64,000 bases of DNA from Pseudomonadota bacterium (GTDB lineage: Bacteria; Bdellovibrionota_C; UBA2361; OMII01): NCBI GenBank assembly GCA_038134595.1, contig JAYPVM010000003.1, forward strand, positions 106,131 to 170,130. The letters run 5' to 3'. Position numbers and translations under genes: made by a program. Positions 1-8,710 of this stretch are shown here, piece by piece. The notes under the pieces are model-generated. The model saw nothing but the letters and a program-made list of their open reading frames with translations, had not been told where the DNA came from and did not search any database. Position 1 is the stretch's first letter; every line of letters starts with the position of its first letter.

Positions 1-585
1 AGCCAAGACGTATCTTTGAGTGTATAGACGGGCACTAGGTCTCACTATCTCCTTTTGATAGGTTGTTTTTTGCTCTCTGTTAATGAGCATTTCAGTAATG
101 CTTGTTTTTGATGTAAACCGCTTTCGTGATTGTGCCTGTTTCCAATGGAACATCGAACGCAGGTTAGTAGCGGCGAGTCTTTTCATCTGGGAGCTCCTCA
201 ATAGCGTTTAGTGTTCTTAGGGTGTAACGTGACTTCTCTGTTGCCAAAGTTTGCGATTGCAAATTCTGACATTGACCGTTTCGATATGTCTGGTGTTATT
301 TGCTTCCGCGGCGTATTTCGTGAATAGGCATCTACGGGGAATTCCTACACCATTATCTATTGTGGTGTGGTTTTTCTCCCTCTAATTGTATACTAGAGGG
401 AGCTCTCTAATTGCGAAAATGCGTTTGCCCCGAAGTGTATCTTTATATTGAGAATAAGTAGCGGCGCTCCTGAGTGTCGAATCGAAAATTCTCTGCTTGT
501 GCGAGAAGGTTCTTGTGATAGAGAGGTAGTTGAAGGAATACTTTTATAGATCATGCGTTGGAAGTTTTGATAGGAGGACGATACG

Positions 586-1254
586 ATGGAAGATAAGGTT
601 TGGAAGCCTGGCGATCCAATAAATTCTCCAGTTGATGAAATGCAGTCTCTAGATCCATCTGTAATGGACGTGACATCAATATATAAATGTATGACGGGAA
701 GCATTATCCCACGCCCAATAGCGTTTGTTTCGACAGTGAGTAAAAATGGAGCGATTAATGCAGCTCCATTTAGTTATTTTAATGCGGTAGCCAGTGCGCC
801 GCCGACAGTCATTATCTCTATTACTTTTAAGTCTAATGGCGAAAAAAAGGACTCGCTCATAAATATTGAACGTACCGGAGAATTCGTTGTGAATACCGTT
901 TCGGAATGGATGCTTGGGCCGATGAATCATTGTGCGGCAGAATATCCCTACGGTATTAGCGAGGTCGAGAAAGTTGGATTAACGACGTTGGTCTCGGATT
1001 TGATCGCACCCCCGCGGATCGCCCAATCCCCAGTTCAGTTTGAGTGCAGGCAACAGCAGCAAGTTCAAGTCGGGGACGGTTCACCTGGAAGTGCTGTTGT
1101 GGTATTTGGAGAGATCATAAGAATACATGTCTTTAAGAAAGCTTTTAGCAATGGAAAGTTGGATGCAAATCTTCTTAGACCAGTCGGTCGATTGGCGGGT
1201 GGACAGTACAGTCTTTTGGGGGATGTTCAAACGCTGAATAGACCGGTTTTGTAG
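586..1254 (+). CDS. Flavin reductase-like FMN-binding protein (DIM6/NTAB family)
   Basis: Motifs IIPRPIAFVST, NAAPFSYFN, KDSLINI..TGEFVVN, PPRIAQSPVQFEC, PVGRLAG; RBS AGGAGG upstream of ATG. Confidence 0.9.
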   Translation: MEDKVWKPGDPINSPVDEMQSLDPSVMDVTSIYKCMTGSIIPRPIAFVSTVSKNGAINAAPFSYFNAVASAPPTVIISITFKSNGEKKDSLINIERTGEFVVNTVSEWMLGPMNHCAAEYPYGISEVEKVGLTTLVSDLIAPPRIAQSPVQFECRQQQQVQVGDGSPGSAVVVFGEIIRIHVFKKAFSNGKLDANLLRPVGRLAGGQYSLLGDVQTLNRPVL

Positions 1255-1255
1255 T

Positions 1256-1861
1256 ATGTCGATCGACTTTTGGGGGATTAAGACGTCGGGTCTAGAGATC
1301 GCTGGTGCGATTACAGCGCTCGTATATCTAGTGTTGATGGCGCATAAGTTTCGCCTTGCATGGGTGCTGTATATTGCAAGTTCATTTTTTTATGCAATCG
1401 TTTTCTGGCGGGAGAGTCTGTATGGAGATTCAGTATTGCAAGCGTTTTTCATTGCGGTGGGTTTCTATGGATGGCGAACCTGGTCGGGTTTAGCCCCCCA
1501 AGTCATCGTACTTAGGAGGATGTCCAGGAAAAACCATGTCCTTGGGATTGGTGGGATTGCTCTGCTTGCTTTGTCACTCGGTGGAGGACTGTATTTATAT
1601 ACCGATGCAGGCAGTTTTGCATTTCCGGATTCGTTTATCCTGGTAGGAAGTGTGATTGCAACATTCCTCACCATAGGAAGATATATTGAAAATTGGTGGT
1701 ATTGGATTGTCATAAATGCAACCACGGTATTTGTCTACTATTGCAAGGAAATGCCCCTTACGGTTTGTCTGGCCACGTTTTATTTCCTACTCTCGTTTTA
1801 TGGATTACGTGAGTGGTGGCGGGGAAGCGAGGTTAATTGCAGTGATCCGGTCTCGCGCTAA
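1256..1861 (+). CDS. pnuC: Pnu-family vitamin transporter (PnuC-like)
   Basis: Multi-pass hydrophobic 201 aa; LYGDSVLQ.FF...FYGW..W and IENWWYWIVIN (WxxWxxxN); starts 1 nt after the upstream stop. Substrate not determined. Confidence 0.85.
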   Translation: MSIDFWGIKTSGLEIAGAITALVYLVLMAHKFRLAWVLYIASSFFYAIVFWRESLYGDSVLQAFFIAVGFYGWRTWSGLAPQVIVLRRMSRKNHVLGIGGIALLALSLGGGLYLYTDAGSFAFPDSFILVGSVIATFLTIGRYIENWWYWIVINATTVFVYYCKEMPLTVCLATFYFLLSFYGLREWWRGSEVNCSDPVSR

Positions 1862-2042
1862 GTTGGGGAGCGTTTCTTTTTGCTGGTACAACAGCGGGTT
1901 TTTAGTGTAGGTTTAAGGACGCCGCTTGCCGTGTGAAAAACTTTGGTGTTGGCAGAGTATCGGCGTGATAAATTTGTTAGATGTTTCGAGGCAGGAGTCT
2001 TTTCTAGGTTCTTGCGGTAATAGGATAACAGGAGCAAAGAAG

Positions 2043-2507
2043 ATGGTGAAGAGACAGAGTTTGATGTTAGGAATTGTAGTTGGGCTAATGGTGATAATCT
2101 CGTCTGGTTGCACGCCTGTCGGCGGAGGTGATCCGTATTATGGTGGGGCTAATTCCCCAAGGCCGCCCTACGGGTCCGGTCCCTATTACGGTCGTGGCGG
2201 TGGTTGGTATGACGCACAGCGGCAAGAGAAAAAGGAGCTTAAACGTGAGAGAAAGGAGTTGGAGAAAGAGAGGGAGAGGTTAGAGCGAGAGAGGAAACGA
2301 CAAATCTTCCCTAAAAGAACCCCGATCCCACGACCGACCGTCAAGCCTGTTGAAAGATGTCCAGCCGGATATAGTCCGAGCGAGCAAAAGTGTAGTGCAA
2401 AGGAGCGCACGCTAGGATGTAAGGATATGAGGCTTCCTGGAGGACTTGGCTGTGTTAATCGAAAGGCGATGAGACGCAAGGGAGTTCTGGGCGGCCGGGG
2501 TCGGTAA
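2043..2507 (+). CDS. Hypothetical lipoprotein with charged coiled coil and C-terminal 4-Cys domain
   Basis: ATG 2043 after GGAG; signal peptide ending ISSG-C; Gly/Tyr/Pro linker; ERK-rich helix; CPAG...C...C...C. Track start 1926 is probably too long. Confidence 0.7.
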   Translation: MVKRQSLMLGIVVGLMVIISSGCTPVGGGDPYYGGANSPRPPYGSGPYYGRGGGWYDAQRQEKKELKRERKELEKERERLERERKRQIFPKRTPIPRPTVKPVERCPAGYSPSEQKCSAKERTLGCKDMRLPGGLGCVNRKAMRRKGVLGGRGR

Positions 2508-2555
2508 AGATTGAGCCAATGGTAATTGCTGTTCCTCGCAAAGGCTTGCCCTTAG

Positions 2556-3275
2556 ATGACTTCATTGCAGTGCCATGGGGAAGAAGATTTGGGCCATGGA
2601 AAAGAATATTGGGAGAAGCGATTTCATGAAGGGGACACCCCCTGGGATTTGGGGGAGGCTACGCCGCTACTTCATGAAGCGCTTGAGTTCCTGCAATCCA
2701 TGCCCGGATATAGTTCTGAGCTAGGCTCGGTCAAGTCCGCCAACGTGTTGTGTGCTGGAGCGGGTAGGGGCTGGGATGCTCTTGAGCTGGTAAGGCATGG
2801 ATTTGATGTGGTGGCTGTTGAATGGGCAGGCTCTGCTGTCGATTCTTTGCGCAAGCGGCACCGGTCTTTGCGCGAGCGGCACCGGGCACTCGGTCCTAAT
2901 CTCAATGGCAGTCTATCGATAATAGAGGGTGATTTTTTTAAGATTGAAGCAGGTCAAGTTGATATTGCCTTCGAGCACACGTTTTTTTGTGCCCTTGACC
3001 CGGACTGCCGATCTAATTACGTAGACGTTATGTCGAGGTGGCTGAAGCCAAAGGGAGTGTTGCTCGGAAACTTTTTTATCGATTCTGGTGGTAATGGCGG
3101 TCAAAATGACAGATGTGAGCCCCCCTTTTTCATTACGAAAGAAGAGGTGCAGATGCTATTCGCTCATAAATTCAATATGTTGTCTCTAGTGCCTGCAGTA
3201 AAAAAGGGTGCGGGCCGTAGGGGGGATTTCGAGTGGTTAGGAGTATTTCAACGCCTTGATTCAGAACTAAGATAG
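2556..3275 (+). CDS. SAM-dependent methyltransferase, TPMT/thiol methyltransferase family
   Basis: YWEKRF..GDTPWDLG, VLCAGAGRGWD motif I, GDFF, FEHTFFCAL.P, LKPKG.L, PPF. Confidence 0.9.
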   Translation: MTSLQCHGEEDLGHGKEYWEKRFHEGDTPWDLGEATPLLHEALEFLQSMPGYSSELGSVKSANVLCAGAGRGWDALELVRHGFDVVAVEWAGSAVDSLRKRHRSLRERHRALGPNLNGSLSIIEGDFFKIEAGQVDIAFEHTFFCALDPDCRSNYVDVMSRWLKPKGVLLGNFFIDSGGNGGQNDRCEPPFFITKEEVQMLFAHKFNMLSLVPAVKKGAGRRGDFEWLGVFQRLDSELR

Positions 3276-3337
3276 CCTCTTTTTCCTAGAAACGCGTTGG
3301 GAATAGTCGGAATTAAGGAATTTATTTGCTCCAAGGG

Positions 3338-3365
3338 TTGTAAAGGCCAGTGAATTATGTAGAAT
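3338..3365 (+). promoter_or_regulatory. Putative sigma70 promoter of the rpmJ-rplQ operon
   Basis: TTGTAA (3338-3343), 16-nt spacer, TAGAAT (3360-3365). Confidence 0.5.
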
Positions 3366-3589
3366 CTTGGCGTTTGTGACTCTCGTGCAAACGATAGTCA
3401 CGGTGTCGATATACACCGACATTGAAGTGCTAACTGAAGCTTTGAAGCGCCAGTTAGTGACGCCAAACGGAGGGTGTTTATCGGCGTTCTATTCGTCTGC
3501 TACGCTGTTATGCTGCTGGATCCGAGTCATGGAGCACGGCGGTGGGAATAGTGTGGGGCGAGCGTGCAAAGTAAAGTGGAGAAAGTGTT

Positions 3590-3706
3590 GTGAAGGTCCG
3601 AGCATCTGTGAAGCCAATTTGTGGCTACTGTAAGGTAATAAAGCGAAGGGGGAAGATTTTTGTCTTCTGTAGTCGTACACCCAAGCATAAGCAACGTCAG
3701 GGATAG
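3590..3706 (+). CDS. rpmJ: 50S ribosomal protein L36 (zinc-ribbon type); not in ORF track
   Basis: Manual translation from GTG 3590: [42 protein letters not shown] upstream; directly before rpsM. Confidence 0.97.
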   Translation: MKVRASVKPICGYCKVIKRRGKIFVFCSRTPKHKQRQG

Positions 3707-3727
3707 TTTTCTAGGAGTTTAAGAGGT

Positions 3728-4111
3728 ATGCCACGTATTGCAGGAGTAGATCTTCCGCGGAATAAGAGGATCATAAGAGGTTTGACCTATATTTTCGGTG
3801 TTGGTCTCACCAAGTCTCGTCAGATCCTTTCGGAAGCTGGGATTGAGGAGGAAGTTCGAACAGATGATCTAACAGAAGATCAGGTCGACAAGATTCGCAA
3901 GATTATTGAGCGTCGAGAGCGTGTTGAAGGTGATTTGCGTCGAGAAGTTCAGGGTAACCTAAAACGTCTGATGGACTTGGGTTGTTACCGAGGTTTGCGA
4001 CATAGGAAAGGATTACCGGCGCATGGTCAAAGAACTCGTACAAATGCAAGAACTCGGAAGGGGCCGCGTAAGGCGCCGGTTGCGGGTAAGAAGGCGGCAA
4101 CTAAGACCTAA
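3728..4111 (+). CDS. rpsM: 30S ribosomal protein S13
   Basis: [36 protein letters not shown]. Confidence 0.99.
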   Translation: MPRIAGVDLPRNKRIIRGLTYIFGVGLTKSRQILSEAGIEEEVRTDDLTEDQVDKIRKIIERRERVEGDLRREVQGNLKRLMDLGCYRGLRHRKGLPAHGQRTRTNARTRKGPRKAPVAGKKAATKT

Positions 4112-4152
4112 TGTTTTTAATGAAGATTGTACAAGCTTGTAAGGAGTAGTTT

Positions 4153-4554
4153 GTGGCAGAAGCACGTGGAGCTGCTGGAGCAGCTAAAAGAAAGAAGACA
4201 AAAAAGAATGTCCCGGTTGGTGTTGCGCATGTTCATGCGACGTTTAATAACACCATAGTTACTATAACAGATCCGGCGGGAAATGTGATTGCATCGTCGA
4301 GTGCAGGAGCTAATGGTTTCAAGGGTTCGAGGAAATCGACCCCGTTCGCCGCACAGGTTGCTGGTGATATCGCGGCCCGAAAGGCAAAGGAGGCTGGGGT
4401 GCGAACCGTTAGTGTTAAGATAAAAGGTCCGGGTTCAGGACGAGAGTCAGCGTTGAGGGCGCTACACCTAGCTGGATTGCAGGTGACCTTAATTAAGGAC
4501 ATAACGCCTGTTCCTCATAATGGGTGCCGAGCTCGTAAGAGTCGACGAGTATAG
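4153..4554 (+). CDS. rpsK: 30S ribosomal protein S11
   Basis: [43 protein letters not shown]. Confidence 0.99.
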   Translation: MAEARGAAGAAKRKKTKKNVPVGVAHVHATFNNTIVTITDPAGNVIASSSAGANGFKGSRKSTPFAAQVAGDIAARKAKEAGVRTVSVKIKGPGSGRESALRALHLAGLQVTLIKDITPVPHNGCRARKSRRV

Positions 4555-4574
4555 TTTTAGGGAGAATCGAAGTC

Positions 4575-5201
4575 ATGGCTAGGTATTGTGGTGCAGTATG
4601 TCGTTTATGCCGAAGAGAGGGAGAGAAGCTCTTTCTGAAGGGCGAGCGGTGTTTTTCGGGGAAGTGCGCAGTTGAGAAGCGAGAGGGTGGACCAGGGCAA
4701 CATGGTCGTGGGCGTCAAGCATTTTCGACGTATAAGATCCAGTTGCGAGAGAAGCAGAAGGTTAAGCGCTCCTACGGGTTACTCGAGAAGAAGTTCCGAG
4801 ATACATTTGCTCGAGCAGCACGAACAAAGGGAGTTACTGGTACAGAGTTGTTGGTGTTATTGGAGCGACGTTTAGATAACGTGGTATACAAGGTCGGCTT
4901 GGGGTCGTCGCGGCAGCATGCCAGACAGTTTATCAACCACGGGCACGTTCTAGTGAATGGAAAGAAAGTGTCGATACCATCGTATGTAGTTTCAGCGGGT
5001 GACGTTGTAGAGGTTGTAGAGACAAGCAAGAAAAATCCTCTGGTGACCGCGGCAATGGAAGCGGCTAAGTCGAGGATTATTCCTGAATGGCTCACGCTCG
5101 ATCAGGACGGTGTGAGAGGTACAGTGAACTCACTCCCGACACGAGAGCAGATACCTCCTACATTCAGAGAACAGCTGATAGTAGAGTTGTATTCCAGATA
5201 A
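4575..5201 (+). CDS. rpsD: 30S ribosomal protein S4 (Cys-rich zinc-binding type)
   Basis: CRLCRREGEKLFLKGERC, QLREKQK, LERRLDNVVY, EQLIVELYSR. Confidence 0.99.
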   Translation: MARYCGAVCRLCRREGEKLFLKGERCFSGKCAVEKREGGPGQHGRGRQAFSTYKIQLREKQKVKRSYGLLEKKFRDTFARAARTKGVTGTELLVLLERRLDNVVYKVGLGSSRQHARQFINHGHVLVNGKKVSIPSYVVSAGDVVEVVETSKKNPLVTAAMEAAKSRIIPEWLTLDQDGVRGTVNSLPTREQIPPTFREQLIVELYSR

Positions 5202-5212
5202 AGAGTTTCCGC

Positions 5213-5240
5213 GTAATCTCTCTTCAATGGGGGAGATTAT
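5213..5240 (+). promoter_or_regulatory. Intergenic stem-loop between rpsD and rpoA (possible processing or stability element)
   Basis: GTAATCTCTCTT-CAAT-GGGGGAGATTAT, 12 pairs including G.U; no U-tract. Confidence 0.45.
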
Positions 5241-5282
5241 AGAGAGTTTAAGGCTAGAAACTGAAAATATAGGATTAGGTGC

Positions 5283-6299
5283 ATGAAGAAGGTCAGTCTC
5301 AAGGACTTAATAAGCCCAAACAGAGTAGAAGTTGAAGGCATCACGGCCGATAGCCGTTACGGTAAGTTTATCGCTGAGCCGCTTGAGCGCGGTTTCGGTA
5401 TGACGATCGGTACGGCAATTCGCCGGATACTCCTGTCGTCATTACAAGGCGCGGCTATCACGTCGATACGAATCGATGGCGTTTCGCATGAGTTCTCAAG
5501 TATTCCCGGTGTTGTGCAAGATGTCACTGAACTTACGCTTAATCTAAAAGAGGTGGTTGTTCGACTCGAAGAGAAGGAAGAAGCGGTCTTAAGGGTGGAA
5601 GCTCAGGGGCCTTGCGATGTAACGGCTGGAATGCTTCAAGGAGATGGCGTTGTAGAAATATTAAACCCAGAGTTGGTTTTGGCGACTCTTGGAGATGGTG
5701 CGACGCTCAGCATGGAAGTAACCGTGAAGGTTGGAAGGGGCTATGTACCTGCTGACAAGAACAAGGTTGAAGGGGCCCCAGTTGGCACCATCTTTATGGA
5801 TTCGATCTTTTCGCCAATTCGACGAGTTAATCTCGCTGTTACCAACGCTCGTGTAGGACAAAGAACTGACTACGATAAGCTTGCGATGGAAATTTGGTCC
5901 GATGGAAGTATTGATCCTCGTTCGGCCATAGCTCAGGCGGCTCATATCCTAGTTGACCAATTAGGTATTTTTGTTGGGCAAGATCTCATTGTTGAAAGAG
6001 AAGAGCCAAAACTTGAGGAGCCAGCGAAGCGATGGAATGATAATTTGTTCCGCCGTATTGATGAGCTTGAGCTCAGTGTACGCTCTGCCAACTGTCTGGA
6101 GAATGCCGACATCAAATACATTGGGGAACTGGTTCAGCGAACAGAGGCTGAGATGCTCAGAACTAAGAATTTTGGACGGAAGTCTCTCAATGAAATTAAG
6201 GAGATTCTGTCGGAGATGGGACTTTCCTTGGGATTGAAGTTAGAGGATTTTCCAGCTCGCCGAGATTTAGAGTCGATGAAAGAGCAGACTGATCACTAA
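5283..6299 (+). CDS. rpoA: DNA-directed RNA polymerase subunit alpha
   Basis: [53 protein letters not shown]. Confidence 0.99.
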   Translation: MKKVSLKDLISPNRVEVEGITADSRYGKFIAEPLERGFGMTIGTAIRRILLSSLQGAAITSIRIDGVSHEFSSIPGVVQDVTELTLNLKEVVVRLEEKEEAVLRVEAQGPCDVTAGMLQGDGVVEILNPELVLATLGDGATLSMEVTVKVGRGYVPADKNKVEGAPVGTIFMDSIFSPIRRVNLAVTNARVGQRTDYDKLAMEIWSDGSIDPRSAIAQAAHILVDQLGIFVGQDLIVEREEPKLEEPAKRWNDNLFRRIDELELSVRSANCLENADIKYIGELVQRTEAEMLRTKNFGRKSLNEIKEILSEMGLSLGLKLEDFPARRDLESMKEQTDH

Positions 6300-6319
6300 T
6301 CGAGAAAGGAAGTAGTACT

Positions 6320-6832
6320 ATGAGACACCGCAATGGTCAGAGACAATTAAGCCGTTCAACAAGTCACAGACGTGCCTTGTTGCGTAATATGGCCACGTCG
6401 TTCATAAAGTTCGAACGTTTTGAGACCACAGTGCAAAAAGCTAAGGAGCTTCGACCCGTGGTAGAGCGTTTAATAACTCTAGGTAAGGTCGATACGCTTG
6501 CTGCAAGAAGGCAGGCGTACGGATATTTGACTGAGAAATCTGTCGTTCACAAGTTGTTTGCAGAGGTCGGTCCTCGGTGCAGGACTCGTAATGGTGGTTA
6601 TACTCGTATAGTCAGAACTCGCTATCGACACGGTGATGCTGCGGAAATGGCGGTTATTGAATTAGTTGATAAGGCTGGTGAGAAGCCGGTAGAGAAAAAA
6701 GTTGACGCGAAGGCGCCTGCAAAGAAATCAGCATCGTCTGCAAAAGCTAGCGAATCGAAGAAGGCCAAGGCAGCTTCGAAAAAGCCTGCAGCTTCGAAAA
6801 AGCCTGCAGCTTCGAAAGAGAAAACGAAATAA
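6320..6832 (+). CDS. rplQ: 50S ribosomal protein L17 with Lys/Ala-rich C-terminal tail
   Basis: MRHR...LSRSTSHRRALLRNMA, TTVQKAKELR, GGYTRIV, GDAAEMAVIELV, then a ~50-aa low-complexity tail. Confidence 0.98.
   Translation: MRHRNGQRQLSRSTSHRRALLRNMATSFIKFERFETTVQKAKELRPVVERLITLGKVDTLAARRQAYGYLTEKSVVHKLFAEVGPRCRTRNGGYTRIVRTRYRHGDAAEMAVIELVDKAGEKPVEKKVDAKAPAKKSASSAKASESKKAKAASKKPAASKKPAASKEKTK
6770..6817 (+). repeat. 18-bp tandem repeat (2.7 copies) in the rplQ tail
   Basis: GCAGCTTCGAAAAAGCCT x2 plus GCAGCTTCGAAA; encodes AASKKP repeats. Confidence 0.95.
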
Positions 6833-6919
6833 CTGAAAAGCTTTGTTGAGCACGATCTAGGATCACCTCTACGAGCAATGTCGTTTGTTTCTTGGTGGTT
6901 CCAATCGTAGGAGGGACGT

Positions 6920-7690
6920 ATGGGAATGTATGACGGCAAAAAAGTACTAGTTCTGGGTGTTGCGAATGACCGCAGTATTGCGTGGGGTATCGCAGAAGCG
7001 TTGCACCGAGAGGGGGCCGAGCTAGCATTTAATTATCTAAATGAGGCATTAGAGCGCCGTGTGCGGCCTCTTGCTGAATCACTTCAGTGCGAGAATGTCT
7101 TTCAGTGCGACGTTCAAAAGGAAGAGCAAATCGATGCGATGTTTGCTGAGCTCAAAGAGAGATGGGGAACTATAGATGCTGTAGTGCACTCTCTGGCATA
7201 TGCTGAAAAAGATGATCTTTCTAACAGGTTTGTGAACACTACTCGAACTGGCTTCCAGACCGCCCTTGATATCTCTGCATATTCGCTTGTATCGGTTGCA
7301 AAGCGAGCCTTGCCATTAATGTCGGAAAATGGTGGTTCCATTGTGACCTTGTCCTACCTGGGTGCGGAGCGAGTTGTTCAGAATTATAATGTTATGGGTG
7401 TTGCAAAAGCCGCACTAGAGGCATCAGTCCGTTATTTGGCGGCTGATTTGGGACAGGATAATATTCGAGTTAACGCTATATCGGCAGGTCCTATTAAGAC
7501 ACTTGCCGCATCAGGTATTCCTCAATTTCGGGATATGCTTACGGCATTTGCTGAGAAGGCTCCTCTTAAGCGTAACGTGACTCAGGAGGATGTTGCCAAT
7601 ACCGGATTGTATTTGCTTAGCCCGCTCGCCTCGGGGGTGACAGGTGAGGTGATATATGTTGATTGCGGCTTTAGTATCATGGGTATGTAA
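6920..7690 (+). CDS. fabI: Enoyl-ACP reductase FabI
   Basis: GVANDRSIAWGIA, DISAYSL, YNVMGVAKAALE, VNAISAGPIKTLAASGI. Confidence 0.97.
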   Translation: MGMYDGKKVLVLGVANDRSIAWGIAEALHREGAELAFNYLNEALERRVRPLAESLQCENVFQCDVQKEEQIDAMFAELKERWGTIDAVVHSLAYAEKDDLSNRFVNTTRTGFQTALDISAYSLVSVAKRALPLMSENGGSIVTLSYLGAERVVQNYNVMGVAKAALEASVRYLAADLGQDNIRVNAISAGPIKTLAASGIPQFRDMLTAFAEKAPLKRNVTQEDVANTGLYLLSPLASGVTGEVIYVDCGFSIMGM

Positions 7691-7713
7691 GTGCTCCGGG
7701 TATTTTGATAGCT

Positions 7714-8064
7714 ATGAGCGATGATCTAGAGAAGCTTGCTGACTCGTTGTGCGCCTTAGGGGAATGCATCCTTGAATCCCCGGAAAATAAAGAAGAAGAA
7801 GTTTTGGCATTGCTTGAGCGCTATGTAGAGGAGTTCGATCGTTGGAACGTTCTCTGGACTGAGGATAATACGCAAAGACCTCTTTCGCTAAAAGACGCTC
7901 AAAAGATACTGGATCTTCATGAACGTGTCTGTGTATGCGCCCAGCAGATGGCGGATGAAGCCGGAAGCTCAATTAAAAGCATGCGTGGGTGGAGTAAGGG
8001 AATCAGGGCTTATATAGATCATTTTCCGAGTAAGATTAGTACCACAAGGGGTAAAAAGGGGTAG
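7714..8064 (+). CDS. Hypothetical helical protein (weak FliT-like appearance)
   Basis: Open frame packed between fabI and lptE; acidic helical N-terminus, basic tail with K..RAY; start uncertain (7705 or 7714). Confidence 0.6.
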   Translation: MSDDLEKLADSLCALGECILESPENKEEEVLALLERYVEEFDRWNVLWTEDNTQRPLSLKDAQKILDLHERVCVCAQQMADEAGSSIKSMRGWSKGIRAYIDHFPSKISTTRGKKG

Positions 8065-8070
8065 TTTGTT

Positions 8071-8649
8071 ATGATAAAGAAGCTCCTTGGCCTTATTTTT
8101 GTACTCGGTTGTGGATATACGTTCCGGGGTAGCGGAAGTGTGCTACCGCCTGACGTGCATAAGATATATATTCCAATCGTGCAGAACGATTCCACAAAGA
8201 TCGGCCTCGGTAATTTACTTACCGAGGCACTTCGTGATGAATTTGATAGCTATGGAGTGGTGTCAGTTGTGGATAATGCGCGTGATGCAGATGCAACTTT
8301 AACGGTTGAAGTTCTTGATGTGCAAGAATCGACTGGTTCTGTTCGTTCTGGAACCAATACCGCCCTTCAAATGGACACTGTTATGTTCCTACGTGGTGAA
8401 CTGAGACGAGAGACAGGAGAGCTTCTGTGGCGTGACCCCCAACTTAAGGTGCAACAGACTTACGGCGCGGACAGTTCTGCCGTAGTGACTTCTTCTGTGG
8501 GTTTTGCGGGTGGAAGTATCTCTTCAGCAGATCTAGGAGGATTGAGTAGTCGTGAAATATCAAGAGGACAAGAGGCGAGTGCTTTAGCTGGCTTGGCCGA
8601 GGAGGCCTCTCGAGAGATATATGATAAAGCCGTTGCCCCAGATTTCTAA
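8071..8649 (+). CDS. lptE: LPS assembly lipoprotein LptE
   Basis: Lipobox VLG-CGYTFRG, IYIP...NDS, LTEALRDEF, ADATL, GELLW; lies near a convergent rpsT as in many proteobacteria. Confidence 0.85.
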   Translation: MIKKLLGLIFVLGCGYTFRGSGSVLPPDVHKIYIPIVQNDSTKIGLGNLLTEALRDEFDSYGVVSVVDNARDADATLTVEVLDVQESTGSVRSGTNTALQMDTVMFLRGELRRETGELLWRDPQLKVQQTYGADSSAVVTSSVGFAGGSISSADLGGLSSREISRGQEASALAGLAEEASREIYDKAVAPDF

Positions 8650-8710
8650 AAGTTGGGGAGGGTAGTGGTTGTGTGCTGGTTAGATGGTAAGAAACAGACG
8701 TGTGATAATT

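Noticed and set aside
1..90. Possible 5' end of a minus-strand gene running off the window (ATG 90 or GTG 45)
   Set aside because: Only 15-30 codons visible, no motif, and RBS spacing to the GTG is poor; cannot be supported
390..585. Riboswitch upstream of the flavin reductase-pnuC pair
   Set aside because: No TPP (CUGAGA, ACCUG) or FMN (AGGGCGGGGUGAAAUUCCC) signature found on inspection
3367..3680. Track ORFs 3367..3633 (+) and 3489..3680 (-)
   Set aside because: They overlap the real rpmJ and its structured leader; no RBS or protein-like motif
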